Shown: in pieces, positions 51,505-64,000 of the stretch
Layout of the letters: every line of letters starts with the position of its first letter
Position numbering within the stretch: position 1 is the first letter of the stretch
Source: Antedon mediterranea
Lineage: Eukaryota; Animalia; Echinodermata
NCBI RefSeq assembly: GCF_964355755.1
Contig: NC_092679.1
Coordinates: forward strand, 216,201 to 280,200
Reading direction: 5' to 3'
DNA: 64,000 nucleotides
Notes under the pieces: generated by a model
Told to the model about the DNA's origin: nothing
Database searches by the model: none
What the model saw: the letters and a program-made list of their open reading frames with translations, nothing else
Position numbers and translations under genes: made by a program

Positions 51505-54355
51505 ATTAAGCTTGGTACCATACATTACATTTGTATTGTTGCGCCAAGAAAAGAAGTACCGGAAATTTATGTTATAGCATTGGAGACTAAAACAAAATAA
51601 ATTGTTATATATATTTAATTGTAATGATCACATCATCAATACATATCTGTGGTGAAGTATTGGCCACTCATTTAAATAAAAGTTTAGTATGTTGACTACT
51701 ATTTATGACTGAGGTATAATCCCATGCTTCAATTCTATTGTTAATGCAATCCAAGCATAATCCCACCCCCTCATTTCGTCCCCCTGGACTATACTGTATG
51801 TATTAATGCAATTTTGTGATGCTGTATCATAACAAGTTGACAGAAGTTTAAATGGATTGTATGGTTAGATTTACTGTAAAAAAACACTTGTAATAAACGA
51901 TTTTTTGTAATATAACATTGTCAGTCACTTTCAATTTTGTTTTCTATTATCTGTATGCATGGTTGAGAATAATTTTTTCTACTAAAATCACGTCAACCAA
52001 AATGGTAGAGATGTGCGCGCGTGGTGGGAACTCAAATTTACAGGTTTTTTTCGACCCCATTTTTTACTTACGCCACTCGGAAATTTAATTTAGTTTTTTT
52101 AATAACATGAAGTTACATCAACATTTTTTTAGGTTTTTGTGCTGTACCTAAAATACTTCATGGCCATTATACAATCAGAAAATTTTTTTTTATTTATTTA
52201 TCATACGTTTTCTACATCTTTATACTGAACATGGAGTAAAGAAAACTCCAAGGGTAAACTAAATAATATCTCTGTAGTACCAACTCCCTAGAAACCGACC
52301 AATCATCATACTATATATTACTAGTTGTAGTCAAAGTGGGCGTGGCCGTCATTGATACGTTTTTGTATTTGGTTATAAATATTCCAATAAAAAAGCGAAT
52401 AGTTTTAATCAACTCTTTTCATCAAAAACAATACATTGAATTTTACATAATAATTGCATGGTTGATTGAACATGAAATAGGCCGGTATGTTGATCGGACT
52501 GGTAGAAACAATACATTATACCATTTAAGGGCACCAAGCGTGAGTACTTAGTACTATGTAGTGAGAATATACAAATCAATCATCAAACGTTTTATTTACG
52601 CTAAATACTCATTAATACGTAAATTGCCTCAATGAAAGCTAATACCAATTGATCGGTTTTCATTAGTGATCGATTGATCTAGGATTTTAAATTAAAGCGA
52701 CGAGGGGGGTGTTGCTGAAATAATAATGTTGCTAATATAATTGATTTATTTCTATTCTAATTGTCTCCGTGTTAGACAATGACTTAAAGCGTTTCGCTAC
52801 TAAAATAAGAAAGAGGTGGATGATGGTACCAACTTGGACGTAACATAAGGACGTAACCGCACTTCAATCACGCTGGTTCCTCTCTCTCAAGGCGCACCGC
52901 AACGGCGCGCATAGGCGCAACGGAAATGACCAATCAAAAGGGACAGTTAATCGCGTCGTAGTTGGTCATTGTTCCAGAAGTTGGAACAGGCCTTACGATT
53001 TAAATTACGGTGTTTACGATATTTAAGTCGATACTGTATTGGATTGGAGGTCGGAAATCCGCCTAATTTTTATTTGAGGGCTAAATTATTATTAAATAAA
53101 ATGAAATTCGTGGAATGTTCTGCAATCTATCCATGTATGTTTAGTAAGGCACATTGTAACGGAATTTACCGCAAACCAGACGTGACGATATTTACATTCA
53201 CAGATTATAATATTTGTGTAACTTCCGTTCACTACCGTAAAAATAAAGTAAACACAGTGCAATCGGATCAGTGAGAATCGGTCAACGGTTAGTTCCATTG
53301 ATTGTATTTATTATTACTTATTAATAATTATTTACTATTTAATATCCATAAAAGTCGTTTAATATCATTTTTAGTAATGATTAAATAGGAGAAAAGTTGA
53401 TTGACAACTCATCATATTTTATACCAAAGTCACATGTAGACGTACCACAAGTACTCCGTCGAAGTGACGTCGGTCGGGTCATCTTTTAAAGTTTTTAGCT
53501 AGTTACGGTACCACTGTTTGTGTCCCCGCGAGGATGTCGCATCTCATGTTACGTTCCCTAAATGATTAAAAAAAACTTATTTATCAATATTTAAAATAAG
53601 TGAATATAAATAATTCCGTAATTTATTAATAATTTGAATCTTGGAAACTCCAACCATAAACCTATCAAAGTTCCATTTTTTATTTACCTGAAAAACCATA
53701 ATTTAAAGTAAAACAAGTTAGATTGTCTACAAGCCAATGTGTTTTGGTTAAAATCGTTTATTTTAGTGACATTTTATCTCGTTTTTCTTTCTACGGAAGT
53801 GATTAACTTTATCTTTATTATTCATATTTTCGCTTACAACACATCTTTAAATAGATAGATCTAACACCGTCTTGTTGATCATTTTTGTAATTATTAAAAG
53901 TACGGTAGGCCTACACAGAAGCCCCCATCGTTATTTAAATTTGTCACTTATTTTGATAGAATTAAACTTGACATGCGGATGTAAATTAATCATACATGCT
54001 TGTCCGGTTTTCCCTGTGTTGAAATTTGACTACTCTATATTAAAAAATGATGACGTCATTTTAAAAACATATCCGATTTAGCTTTTTATTTAAAATATTG
54101 AAAAGTACGAACTTATTAAATATTAGTCATTTTACTGTAACACCGATTGCTGCTGAACTTTCATTGCGCTGATCATTTCATATTCTCCTAACCTACTTCC
54201 GGGTCAGCAATCGGTACCTTGTGGCGGGGGCAGAACCGATAACCTCCGAGGTAACGCGTGCGGAAGTAGTAGTAACGTTAGGTTCTGTTTTTACCATTTT
54301 ATGTGATTGAAGGCACATAACCTGGACTTTATTTTATTGCAAGTCAGACGTCAAA

Positions 54356-57300
54356 ATGAATGATTATATGGAACAAGAGGAGGAATGGGATCGTGAAGTG
54401 GTATTAGATCCAGCATGGGAGAGGCAGCAAAAGAAGGTAGGCCTACGATGGTTTGATAAAGCAAAACGTAGTTGGGCGGCCATAGAGGGAGGTTTGGTGC
54501 TGATGCTGACTTCAGATTTAAAATGTATGATGTAGCCTAGGCATAGGGCCTAGAGGCCTAGCCTAGTAAGATAGGCCTAGCTAGCTTAGGGCCATACCTA
54601 GCTCCGCTAACCTAGGAGTCCCTAGCTCTCTAAATTCTATGTGGCACAGGCCTACTAAATTTCTATATAGGCTAGGCGAATTGAGATGGTGGTATTTATT
54701 TTATATTGTCAATTTTTTATTTTGATGATCTCTTCATTCATGGTTACCCTCTTCATCAGTCTCAGATCATTAAATGTTGAACTTGTAAGTAGCCTAGTTT
54801 AGTACTCTACAATTCAGGCAATACAGGTTGTATTACAAATTTATAATAAGTAATAATATAAATTATAATATGCATTGCAGGGTACTGGTGTATTGTTTTT
54901 AAGTTTTATTTACTTAACTAGTTAACTGTACAGATTTATTTGTTTTTACACATTTACATTTTTGTTGCAACAATGAGTTTGTTCAAATACATTAGTGTTT
55001 ACTCAACGCGATCCAATTTTCGCAACGCATGAGATTTAAAAAAAAAAAAAACGTCAGCCATCAGAAATAAGAACTTGTATATGGCATGCGATGGGTCACA
55101 TACTGTAAGCTTTCAACGACCCAACATCATCAAGCAAGTAATGAAGCAAGTAATTCTGAAATAAAAAATTCAGAACTGTATAATATTTGTTTTGTATTAA
55201 ATTCTTCCAATTATAATAAAATTTGGTATTTGATTGCAATGTTCTGGTCAATGATAATGCTCTGCCTTACAATTTAAAACAGGTTTATTATTGTTTTGCA
55301 TACTGAGGTCATTGACCTTGTACTGTATTCTGACCTTTTGTTGTCATAGGTAACACACTGCCAATAATATGATTTTTGTAATGCTAGTAGAAAATAATTA
55401 AATATCTTGCAAGCAATAATTTAATATGAGAACTTGCACAAATGAGCAAATTGTTTTTTCTTGAAGATTTAATTTGATACTTTCTGGGCATTACCTGTAA
55501 TACTGTCATAATAAAATTGTGTGCAATCCAGAACAAGTTATTTTCTGCTTTCTAACTAAGTACACTGTACAGTATTTTAAGTCTGGTTCCTTGGAAATTA
55601 TAGTACACAGTATTTTTCAATGGTCGTATTGTTAGGTGCAAGTGCTTGTGTTCTCTTGTTCTACTACTATATCTTTTAATTGTAACTGAATTTAAGTCAT
55701 TGTTTATTTATTATGTAAAGTCAAGTTTCAAACTTAATCGCCATAAGAAACCAAAGGCAGTATAGCATTTAGAAGCTTGTAATTTAATATTAATTGTATT
55801 CATTACTATAGTCTATAGTAACATTGCTCTATCATACTTGATATTCTGTATAATAAATACAGCAATTTACAGTTTATGTTGATAACAGTATTTTACGCGT
55901 TATTCTGAATTTTGGAAAATGTTGACATTTAACATTTAATTTGATTGTGATTCTTTGTATCCTATCAGTACTGACCCACTAATAATTCTTGTTTTAAGGC
56001 CTTTAAATTGCTTTGGGGTTATAACTGTAATTTATATTTCAAATGTATCAGAGTATTTGTAGTCAAATTGAAAGTTTAGTATTACTATTTTTACACCCTA
56101 TCCTACAATTATGTGGTTTAACTTATTACTCAAGTAAATAAATAATAGTTATTTAATATTATTGTTATGATGATTAGTGGTAAGAACAGACCACAAAAAA
56201 TGTGAGGTTAGGTACAGAGTTGGCCTCCTCTGACGTAAGCATCTAGGAGACCGGTAGGATATCAGTACTGTACTCATTCAGCCTTATAGGCATACAGTAA
56301 GCGTCCAAGCTCAAATGCCTGGCATACCTAGCATTCACCACCGGTTCAGTTTATATCACCATTGATTGGTACAGTGCTACTATCACAAACATTGTCTAAG
56401 GACATTTGCTTATAAGTAGTTTTACTTAATACTACTGTACCATTCATACATTTCTAAGCCTTTATTAGTAGATTAAAAGTTGACTAATACATGACAATTG
56501 GAAGACTGGACATTTACATAAAATTAAAAAGGGATTTTTCAATTCTCTACTTTAATTTGATATAGGAAAACTAAAGTACTAGAATTTAAATTATCTATCT
56601 GGCTGATCAATGGTAAATTATGTACTACACCTACTGTGTAGTGTGATAATTAAAACAGCACCACTTTGTGTCAACTGGAATACACTGAAATCTGGTGGCC
56701 AATTAACGCTGTATAAAAAAAATACAGTATAGCTTTCATTAATTCTGAGTTTAGTGTCATAAATAACATTATTTTAGATTCAATTTCATTATTATTATTA
56801 CAATACTTAAGTATGTTATTGTTAGTATACAGTAGTTAGTATAGTGTAACCAGGAAGGATTAGAAACCAGTGCTTTCATGACATAATGAACAACAATCAA
56901 CAATTAATCTTAATTGATAAGAAAACAATTAATCTCTCTATCATGTTCTAATTACACATAATAGTGATATGTTTTATTAATGAAAGGAAGAGTAGTATTA
57001 AAATAAAAAGTATATTTATTTTCTTGTTGGTGTTTCCCATTGTCTATGGTGATGACTCACTGAATTGGCAGATTATCAAATGGGTGTTTCTATCTATTGA
57101 TTTGTTTTTTCAGTAAGCTAGGTGTTCCACTTGATGCGCTTTTGATGACATCATACTTATGCATATTAAATGCCCATATTTGGAGATATTGTAGCATTAG
57201 ACTTTAATGATCCGCCTGCTGTGGGGTGCAGTGTCTTTGACCTTTTAGTGGTGTGTCAGATTAGATTCACTTTGTATTATTGTTTCATGGAATTTTACAG

Positions 57301-60300
57301 AAAAAAAATCACAGTTTAGTTTTCCTAACTAGGAGGTATTTATTTGATTATACATGTTACCGTATTCTTACACCCAAAAAAATAAATGCCTTCCCTGAAT
57401 AAACTCCTCCCTTGAATAAACGCTTCCCTAGAATAAACGTCTCCCTAAAAACCTTCCTGAACGATAAATTCCCCCACCCCTTGAACAATAAAGCCCCCAC
57501 CCCTTGAACAATAAAGCCCCCACCCCTTGAACTATTAATAAACATTATAAATGTGGTACTGTACTTTATGGTAACTGATAACTTAACAGGTAGTTAAGTG
57601 TTACATAATACAATTTAATTAATGCTAAAAGAAAATTGAATTTTCATGCATACTTTTTTAAGCTAAAAAAGTCAGTTTGAACAAAGTTGTCACTAAAGCT
57701 ACAATTGTTCAAGTTAGAATTAATAATGAAGGACAAACTATCATAAAACAAGGTTAATTGCATGTCTATAGTAGCAGCAGTAAATTATAGTGTCGCTCAT
57801 TAGTCACTACAACTTACAAGTTACAACCAATTTCATAACCATTAAAACTAATGATGGAGTTGTTTTAGTATTGTTGTGTGTTTAGTACTAACTGGATGAT
57901 TCAGTGCTGTTTGAACAAATTATTTTGATACAGAAACTTTACAGTACAGTAGTACTACAGTAGCTGCTAGATAAAAGCAGTGGCCGTATTCACACTTAAC
58001 TCAATAAATATAAGTATTTCCCCCTAAATTGTATTCAATTAGATACAAGATTTTTATTTTAAGGGTACAGTGTTTCCCTTAGCCTAAAGTGTGAATGGTG
58101 AATACGGCCACAGGTTCTTAGATTGGGCCAAAATAAATACCAATTATTCTTGTAATTCTTTTTAATGAAAGATTTGAATTCGCAAGTTTATATAGTTTTG
58201 ATTTTCTGGGCATCTGGTTTTGAGATTACTCTATACAGTGTACTTAACAGTATCATGAAATGATATCAATACAGTACATTCAAACACAGGCTGAACATCT
58301 GTATGTACAATAAATAATACTTTCACTTCTTCATGGCATTTACCTTAAGGTTTTGTTTTTTTTTGTTCTCCTAAATTAAACTATACATTATTCGTTTGTT
58401 GCCGAAAATGTACATTCCCACACTAAACAAATAACAGTTTAAAGGAAGTAATGTGAATTTGTTTACAGGCACCTTTAACATTTTTAAATTATTTTATATC
58501 TACTATTACTAATATAGCTATAAATCTATTAACTATGTAGTATTTTTGATAGGCAGGCTAATACCGTATAATAAGGGTTAAACAATCACATTGTATCTAT
58601 AGTAGATAATCCTTGTTTGTGAGAGAATCTTTTTACCAGCAGCAGCCTTATCAACAAGAACTAATGATCTCAACAGGTCTGTAAAAGTCAACAGGGGTGC
58701 AATGCTAAACAAATTTAAAGCTTTTCATTTCTGTATTTACTTAGCTGACTTATTGTATCAAGCCAATCGTTTCATACTCTATTGAGGTCACATGGCAGAT
58801 AATGTAAATAAATTGTTTGTAAGATTTATAAGGGCATAGTCCGCCAAACATGTTTCTTTCAACCTACAGTACCCTATCAATGCCAACCTACAGTACCCTA
58901 TCAATGCCAACCTACAGTAGTAGTACCCTATCAATGTATGCTACTGTACTACTGTACAGTACAGTAGTTGTTCTTTAGAAAAGAAATACAAAATCTGTAG
59001 CTGGCCTATAGAAACATAACTACTATTCTAGTGACTATTAATTAGGGTACATGATCACTGGACACTCAAGATATGCAGCGTATAATCAAAATTTGAAAAA
59101 TCAGGAAATTATTAATGTTAATTATGCCCTATGGAAACAACAAAAAGGAAACACATTGTTATATAACATTGTACTGTATGTAATGTATGTATGTTATTAT
59201 TAAACCATATGGTGAGAACATTAAATACTGTTGTATTGACATTGTCAACTGGCAATTTGACATTAAGGGTCCAGTTGATGCAAATACAATATGTTTCACA
59301 GTTTAATATTTATAACTGAAGATACAGACTGAGTTATTAAAATTAAATTGAAAAAAACTAAAATGTAGAGTTATATAGCATACTGTAGTTAGTACTGTAT
59401 TACACTATTTGGTATAGACTAGAGTTATTTTAAAAGTACTTTAGTCACATATAGTAACTAACAATGTACATGTACAGTAGCTTCAATTTTACAGTACAGA
59501 AGGCACAACAGTAAAAAGGGTTGTTGTACCTATGGTACATTAACTGTGTACTAAACTGTACTGTACTGTCAGTAAGATGGAAACAAGATAGCAATGTAAT
59601 ACTAAGGCGATCCCCAATGCTATGTGTTGATACAGACATCTAGATGATGCTGGAAATTGAGAGCAGTCTTTAGTCCTAGTTTGGAGATGGTCCAAGTATT
59701 TCTATTATAAAGTGTAATTATAGCATCATTGAGTAATCCATTAACATTGCCAACTTACTTGAACCTTCTCATCAAGTCAAGGTCACAATGTAAGAATACA
59801 TAGGTATATCTGCACATTCATAAAGTTTATGTTATTGTTAATACAAAAGAGTGAAATTTTAACTCTTCCTTGGTTTTATGAATCAAATGGTTGGAAAGTA
59901 CTGTACATACATTGTACTGTACCATGTCAGCTGTTTATTGAATGCTAACGTTTTCCTTTATTTAGATACACAGTAATACTAATAAAGTAATATCAGTGAT
60001 TGATACAAAATGTCATTGAATGACTAACATTTAGACTTTTGCTTAATGCGCTATATATTCCTAAATAATTATTACTATACTAATGAATATCTTTAGAAGT
60101 TCAGTTGTTTCATCAGAAGTAGATAATGAAATTCAAATTAATATATGGGTGGATCCAGGATTTTTAAATAGAGGAGGCCATAGCCTAAAAATGACGTATT
60201 TGAGCCACTTTCCCGCTTTCTTTGAATCTGCCCATGAGCTACTGTACTTATCAAAAGTATCATTTCACTGACTTCAACAAGTATAGAATCTTGCATAAGA

Positions 60301-63285
60301 CAGTTTTACTGTGGTAATCGCAACAGAAGTAACGTGAATAGAAAGATTAATACATTTAAATCTGTGATTATCATTAGCAACAATACATGTCTAGGTGCTA
60401 CTACTGACGTCATTTGTGTCATTGAGGACTTGTATTCAATTCTCTATTGTATTATTTACAATATTATTTTAACTTTAAGCAGGATGCTGAGGAGTTGTCT
60501 ATTTCCTTTATCATTTTTTTATCCTCAATTAAAGTACCCACTTCTACAGTATAATGCCTGCCAATGAAAGGATAAAGTTTTTGGATAAAGAAGATTATTT
60601 CCTCATGCGGTTAAACTTATTTGTCATATACAGTATCTAGATTGATAACTGATCTATGCCATTTACCACTTCCAGTACTGTGTAAGTAAACCATTCTAGA
60701 TTGATAACTGATCTATGCCATTTACCACTTCCAGTACTGTGTAAGTAAACCATTCTATGAACAAAAAACCACCATCAGCAAGGTAAGGGTATTGCTAAAC
60801 TGAGCAAACCTCTTACAAACCAAGTAATTTTGATTAGATCACAACTAGAACTATAGGAGACATTTTATGAAAAAAAAATTGAAATTGGTGTAAGTTTGTC
60901 TCTTCAGATTTCACAGAACAAATCCCAAAAAAAAACCCCTTTAAACCAATTAATATTGATTACTGTATATGATAACTAGGACCTTAAAAGTAAGTATTAT
61001 TACCTCCGCCAAGGAGGTTATGTTTTCACCCCTGTATGTTTGTGTGTGTGTGTGTGTCTGTGAACAGCCTGGAGGCCACAGTTTTTATCCGATTCTAACC
61101 AAATTTGGACACAATGATCTATGCCCAAAAAGCTCGGACGAGTTCGAATTTGAGGGGAAAGGTCATAGGTCAAGGTCACAACTAACAAAAAACTATTTTA
61201 CTGCCTAGAGACCACAGTTTTGATCTGATTCTCACCAAACTTAGCCACAATGATCAATGACACATCATATAATTGTGGTTAAATTTTGAAGGGTCAGGGT
61301 CAAAGATCAAGGTCCACAAAAAACAAAACAAAAAGAAATAAAAATATAGTTAAAAAAAAAAAAAACCCTCAGTGGGACTTAAACCAGCAATCTCAACTGT
61401 GAGAGGCTGGATACATAACCATTACACCACACTGTCATCCACAACTTTGTAGTGTGCAGTTAACATATTTACACTTAGAACTAATAAAAAAAATGTAAAA
61501 AAAAAATAATCAGGGGGCATTTTATGTAGGGGAATTTTACAGTAGGCAGAGGTTTGTACTCTCGGAGTACCCTTTAGTTAATACTGTACCCCTATCAGCA
61601 CACTAGCCAACATCTATTCTATGGCACAGCGCATTCCTTATCACCTACAAAGTACTGTATATTTTAGGAATTTGTGGGTGGGGTCTTGCCAGTCTAAGTA
61701 CTACATACTCTACCGATCTACCAAAACACTGGCAACTTTTCTGTATCACAGTATTATTGTACAAACTGAATATATTGCCAGTCTGTTGACATAATAGTAA
61801 TATTGTCTCGTGTTTTATAGTTAAATCTATGCTTTAAATCAATAACTAATAAAATATACAGAGTCTACTATTATAATTAATTCTGAATATTAATTTATTC
61901 GCAACCAATATGATAAAGAAATAACAATTGTTTGTTTCATAACAATAACATGTGACATGCTTTTACCATGTGGTTTGTAGAATAAATTATATTATGCAGG
62001 TCTACCTACAACAAAGATTACAGTAATATCAAGGTTATTTCATTGCATTTATAATGTATTAAATCAGGCCATTAGTTATCTCTTACAAAAATGGAAAAAA
62101 AATGAAGTTGATATTGCAAGCAATTCAGTTTACGTGCTAATTCTTAAGTACATGCTTGAGAACATTTTGAGAGAATCTTAACTTTTTAGAAAATGAAAAT
62201 TAATAGAAATGATGACTGCTTAACTGTATAATTTATAAATTAATTTTTTAAGTTTTATATATCAGTTTCTGCTTTTACCGATTTGTTCTCATACTTAATC
62301 AATTTGTTCAAATTGACAAAAAAATGTGCCAATATAGTTTATTTTACAATCTGCTTCAATTTGCCATTTAAAATTCCATCTATTTTATGATATTAATATT
62401 TTAATGATTAAATGAGGTAAACAAACTTAGGTAGATTTTAAGTGATTTATGTCATTGCTATTTCATTCATAGAGTTATTGATATTGAGATTGTGTCAAAT
62501 ATTTTTCTGTTATTTTTGTCTGGAATGTGTCAGCACATCATAGCAGATGACACTATATTTAGGCATTCAATGGTCTTCAGTTAACTCTATCATATTATAT
62601 TAGTACACCAGTTGAAATGTTAGCATTTTGCCCTAGGTTGCAATTTGAATTGATGACAACATGATCTAATATACTGATGACTTCCATTATATAATAATGT
62701 TTCATAAATAGGCTTATATGTGTCGAATAGTATAACCTAAAAATGTAGAACATGCTGATAAAGTCTTAAGGTTATTGAACCTTGACCTTTAGAGATGAAT
62801 GGATAATAATTCAATCAAGTATCAATAATGAAAGAGTGAAATACATTCCTGTTTAAAGTCTAATATAAAAATATCATTTTGAATATTTGCAAAGTGTTTG
62901 ATGACATGACACTTGAATGCATTTATCAAAATGACCTTGTTTTGCTGTTTTTATTAGATTTTATCCTTCTGTTCCGGAATTTTTTAACAATTTTTATCTT
63001 ACATTTGTTCAAAATTAATGCAAAATAAAATGTATTATTTTTATTCGTAGACCTTCACAGCTTGGTGTAATTCTCATTTACGCCGAATGAATGTACAAAT
63101 TGATGATTTAGAAGAAGATTTTAAAAATGGACTCCGACTTATTCTGTTACTTGAAGTTATTTCAGGAGAAAAACTACCAAAACCCGAAAGAGGAAACTTG
63201 CGTTTCCATAAAATATCCAACGTGAATAAAGCCCTTGAATTTATTGAACGTAAAGGAGTTAAACTTGTATCCATCGGCGCAGAAG
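54356..63285 (+). CDS. ACTN: Alpha-actinin, first two coding exons (54356-54436, 63051-63285); gene continues beyond the window
   Basis: [27 protein letters not shown] | [74 protein letters not shown] (CH1 domain); phase-0 GT-AG intron. Confidence 0.95.
57358..57562. mobile_element. TACCGTA-ended MITE-like remnant with internal AATAAA(C)GCC..CCC repeats
   Basis: Starts TACCGTATT; several degenerate GAATAAACGC.TCCCT units and a 22-bp tandem CCCCACCCCTTGAACAATAAAG. Confidence 0.45.
57978..58113. mobile_element. ~135-bp MITE with 14-bp perfect TIR
   Basis: GTGGCCGTATTCAC (57980-57993) ... GTGAATACGGCCAC (58098-58111). Confidence 0.7.
58860..58936. repeat. 24-bp tandem repeat, ~3 copies
   Basis: CAACCTACAGTACCCTATCAATGC x3. 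Confidence 0.85.
60636..60757. repeat. 59-bp direct tandem duplication
   Basis: TCTAGATTGATAACTGATCTATGCCATTTACCACTTCCAGTACTGTGTAAGTAAACCAT x2. Confidence 0.9.
60999..61579 (+). mobile_element. Non-autonomous Helentron-type (HINE) element of a second family
   Basis: 5' TTACCTCCGCCAAGGAGGT (sub-TIR + hairpin), (GT)n microsatellite, two internal degenerate repeats (ccacagtttt..gattct.accaaa..cacaatgatc..ggtcaaggtc), 3' sub-TIR GGCAGAGGT, stem-loop GTACTC-TCG-GAGTAC, end TTTAGTT. Confidence 0.8.
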
Positions 63286-64000
63286 GTTTGTATATTCTAT
63301 TGTTTTGATTTACAAAATGTCATTCAGTAAAAAAGTTTGTATTTATATTTATACCTTTTGTAAAGTTACGTGTAGCTAAGCATTAAAAACATAGCATAAG
63401 ATTTAATGCATTGATTGTGCAGTGTGAATTATCTAAATTCTTAAACTAGAACTTTAACTCGCTGTATTATGTTAACTGTAAACCCAATAAACACATTCAT
63501 TTTCTGGTGCTAAAAATAGACTAATTACAGCAATTTGTACTACAATTTATTTAGTTACTATCTGTAATGCATTTTACAGTTGGTTACAAAACACTGATTG
63601 TGTTTAGATGTACAGACAAGCTTTGCAGATGTTATCTATACAATAGCCCTTGAGTATAATACATGTAATCTGCTACTGTTAGAAAAGAATACATTCTCGC
63701 CTAACCCATTGTTTAGAATTGTAATAGGTTCTATATTAGCAAGCATTGAACTGTAAAACCAATACAATAAGAGTCCCTTGTGTAAAAGAAAAACAAAATC
63801 ATTCCAAGCCTCCATTTATTTCAATACAAATATATCTTCACTGAAATTTATATTTTAATTATACTGTAGTACAAACATTCTGTGATTAAAAGTTTTATTT
63901 ATATAAAAACAAACTAAAATGAGATAAGGATTTACCACAGATAATCTGTATTCTTTTGAAGTTTTTCCAATTCTAATTTGTATCCAGTACAAAATATATA

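Noticed and set aside
61366-61436. Functional tRNA-Glu gene
   Set aside because: Acceptor stem does not pair and the B box is mutated (GGTTTAA); kept only as a tRNA-derived cassette.
62962-63275. Further U12-like motifs (TTATCCTT at ~62962, GTATCCAT at ~63267)
   Set aside because: Not at exon boundaries; the second lies within coding sequence (LVSI).

Overview
AT-rich animal genomic DNA, most like an invertebrate deuterostome such as an echinoderm (inference only). Seven spliced protein-coding genes were reconstructed by hand: a bHLH-PAS factor of the NPAS1/NPAS3/trachealess family (+, ~4.6/10.8-29.9 kb), MOCS3/UBA4 (+), a small PH-domain protein ending in a CaaX box (-), a C11orf68/UPF0696 homolog (+), NAA20 (+), CRNKL1 (+), and the first two coding exons of alpha-actinin (+, runs off the window). 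Main observations: (1) five minor-spliceosome (U12-type) introns within 13 kb, three in MOCS3, one in NAA20 and an AT-AC intron in CRNKL1; (2) a 9.5-kb head-to-tail, partly nested stack of six ~1.55-1.59 kb non-autonomous Helentron-like elements inside a GC-AG intron; (3) strong excess of TACAGTA/TACTGTA and TAGGCCTA motifs, which resemble DNA-transposon excision footprints and are unevenly distributed; (4) repeated short tandem duplications that copy splice sites; (5) several MITE and SINE families, a probable solo LTR and minisatellites. All coordinates and counts were made by eye, without alignments.
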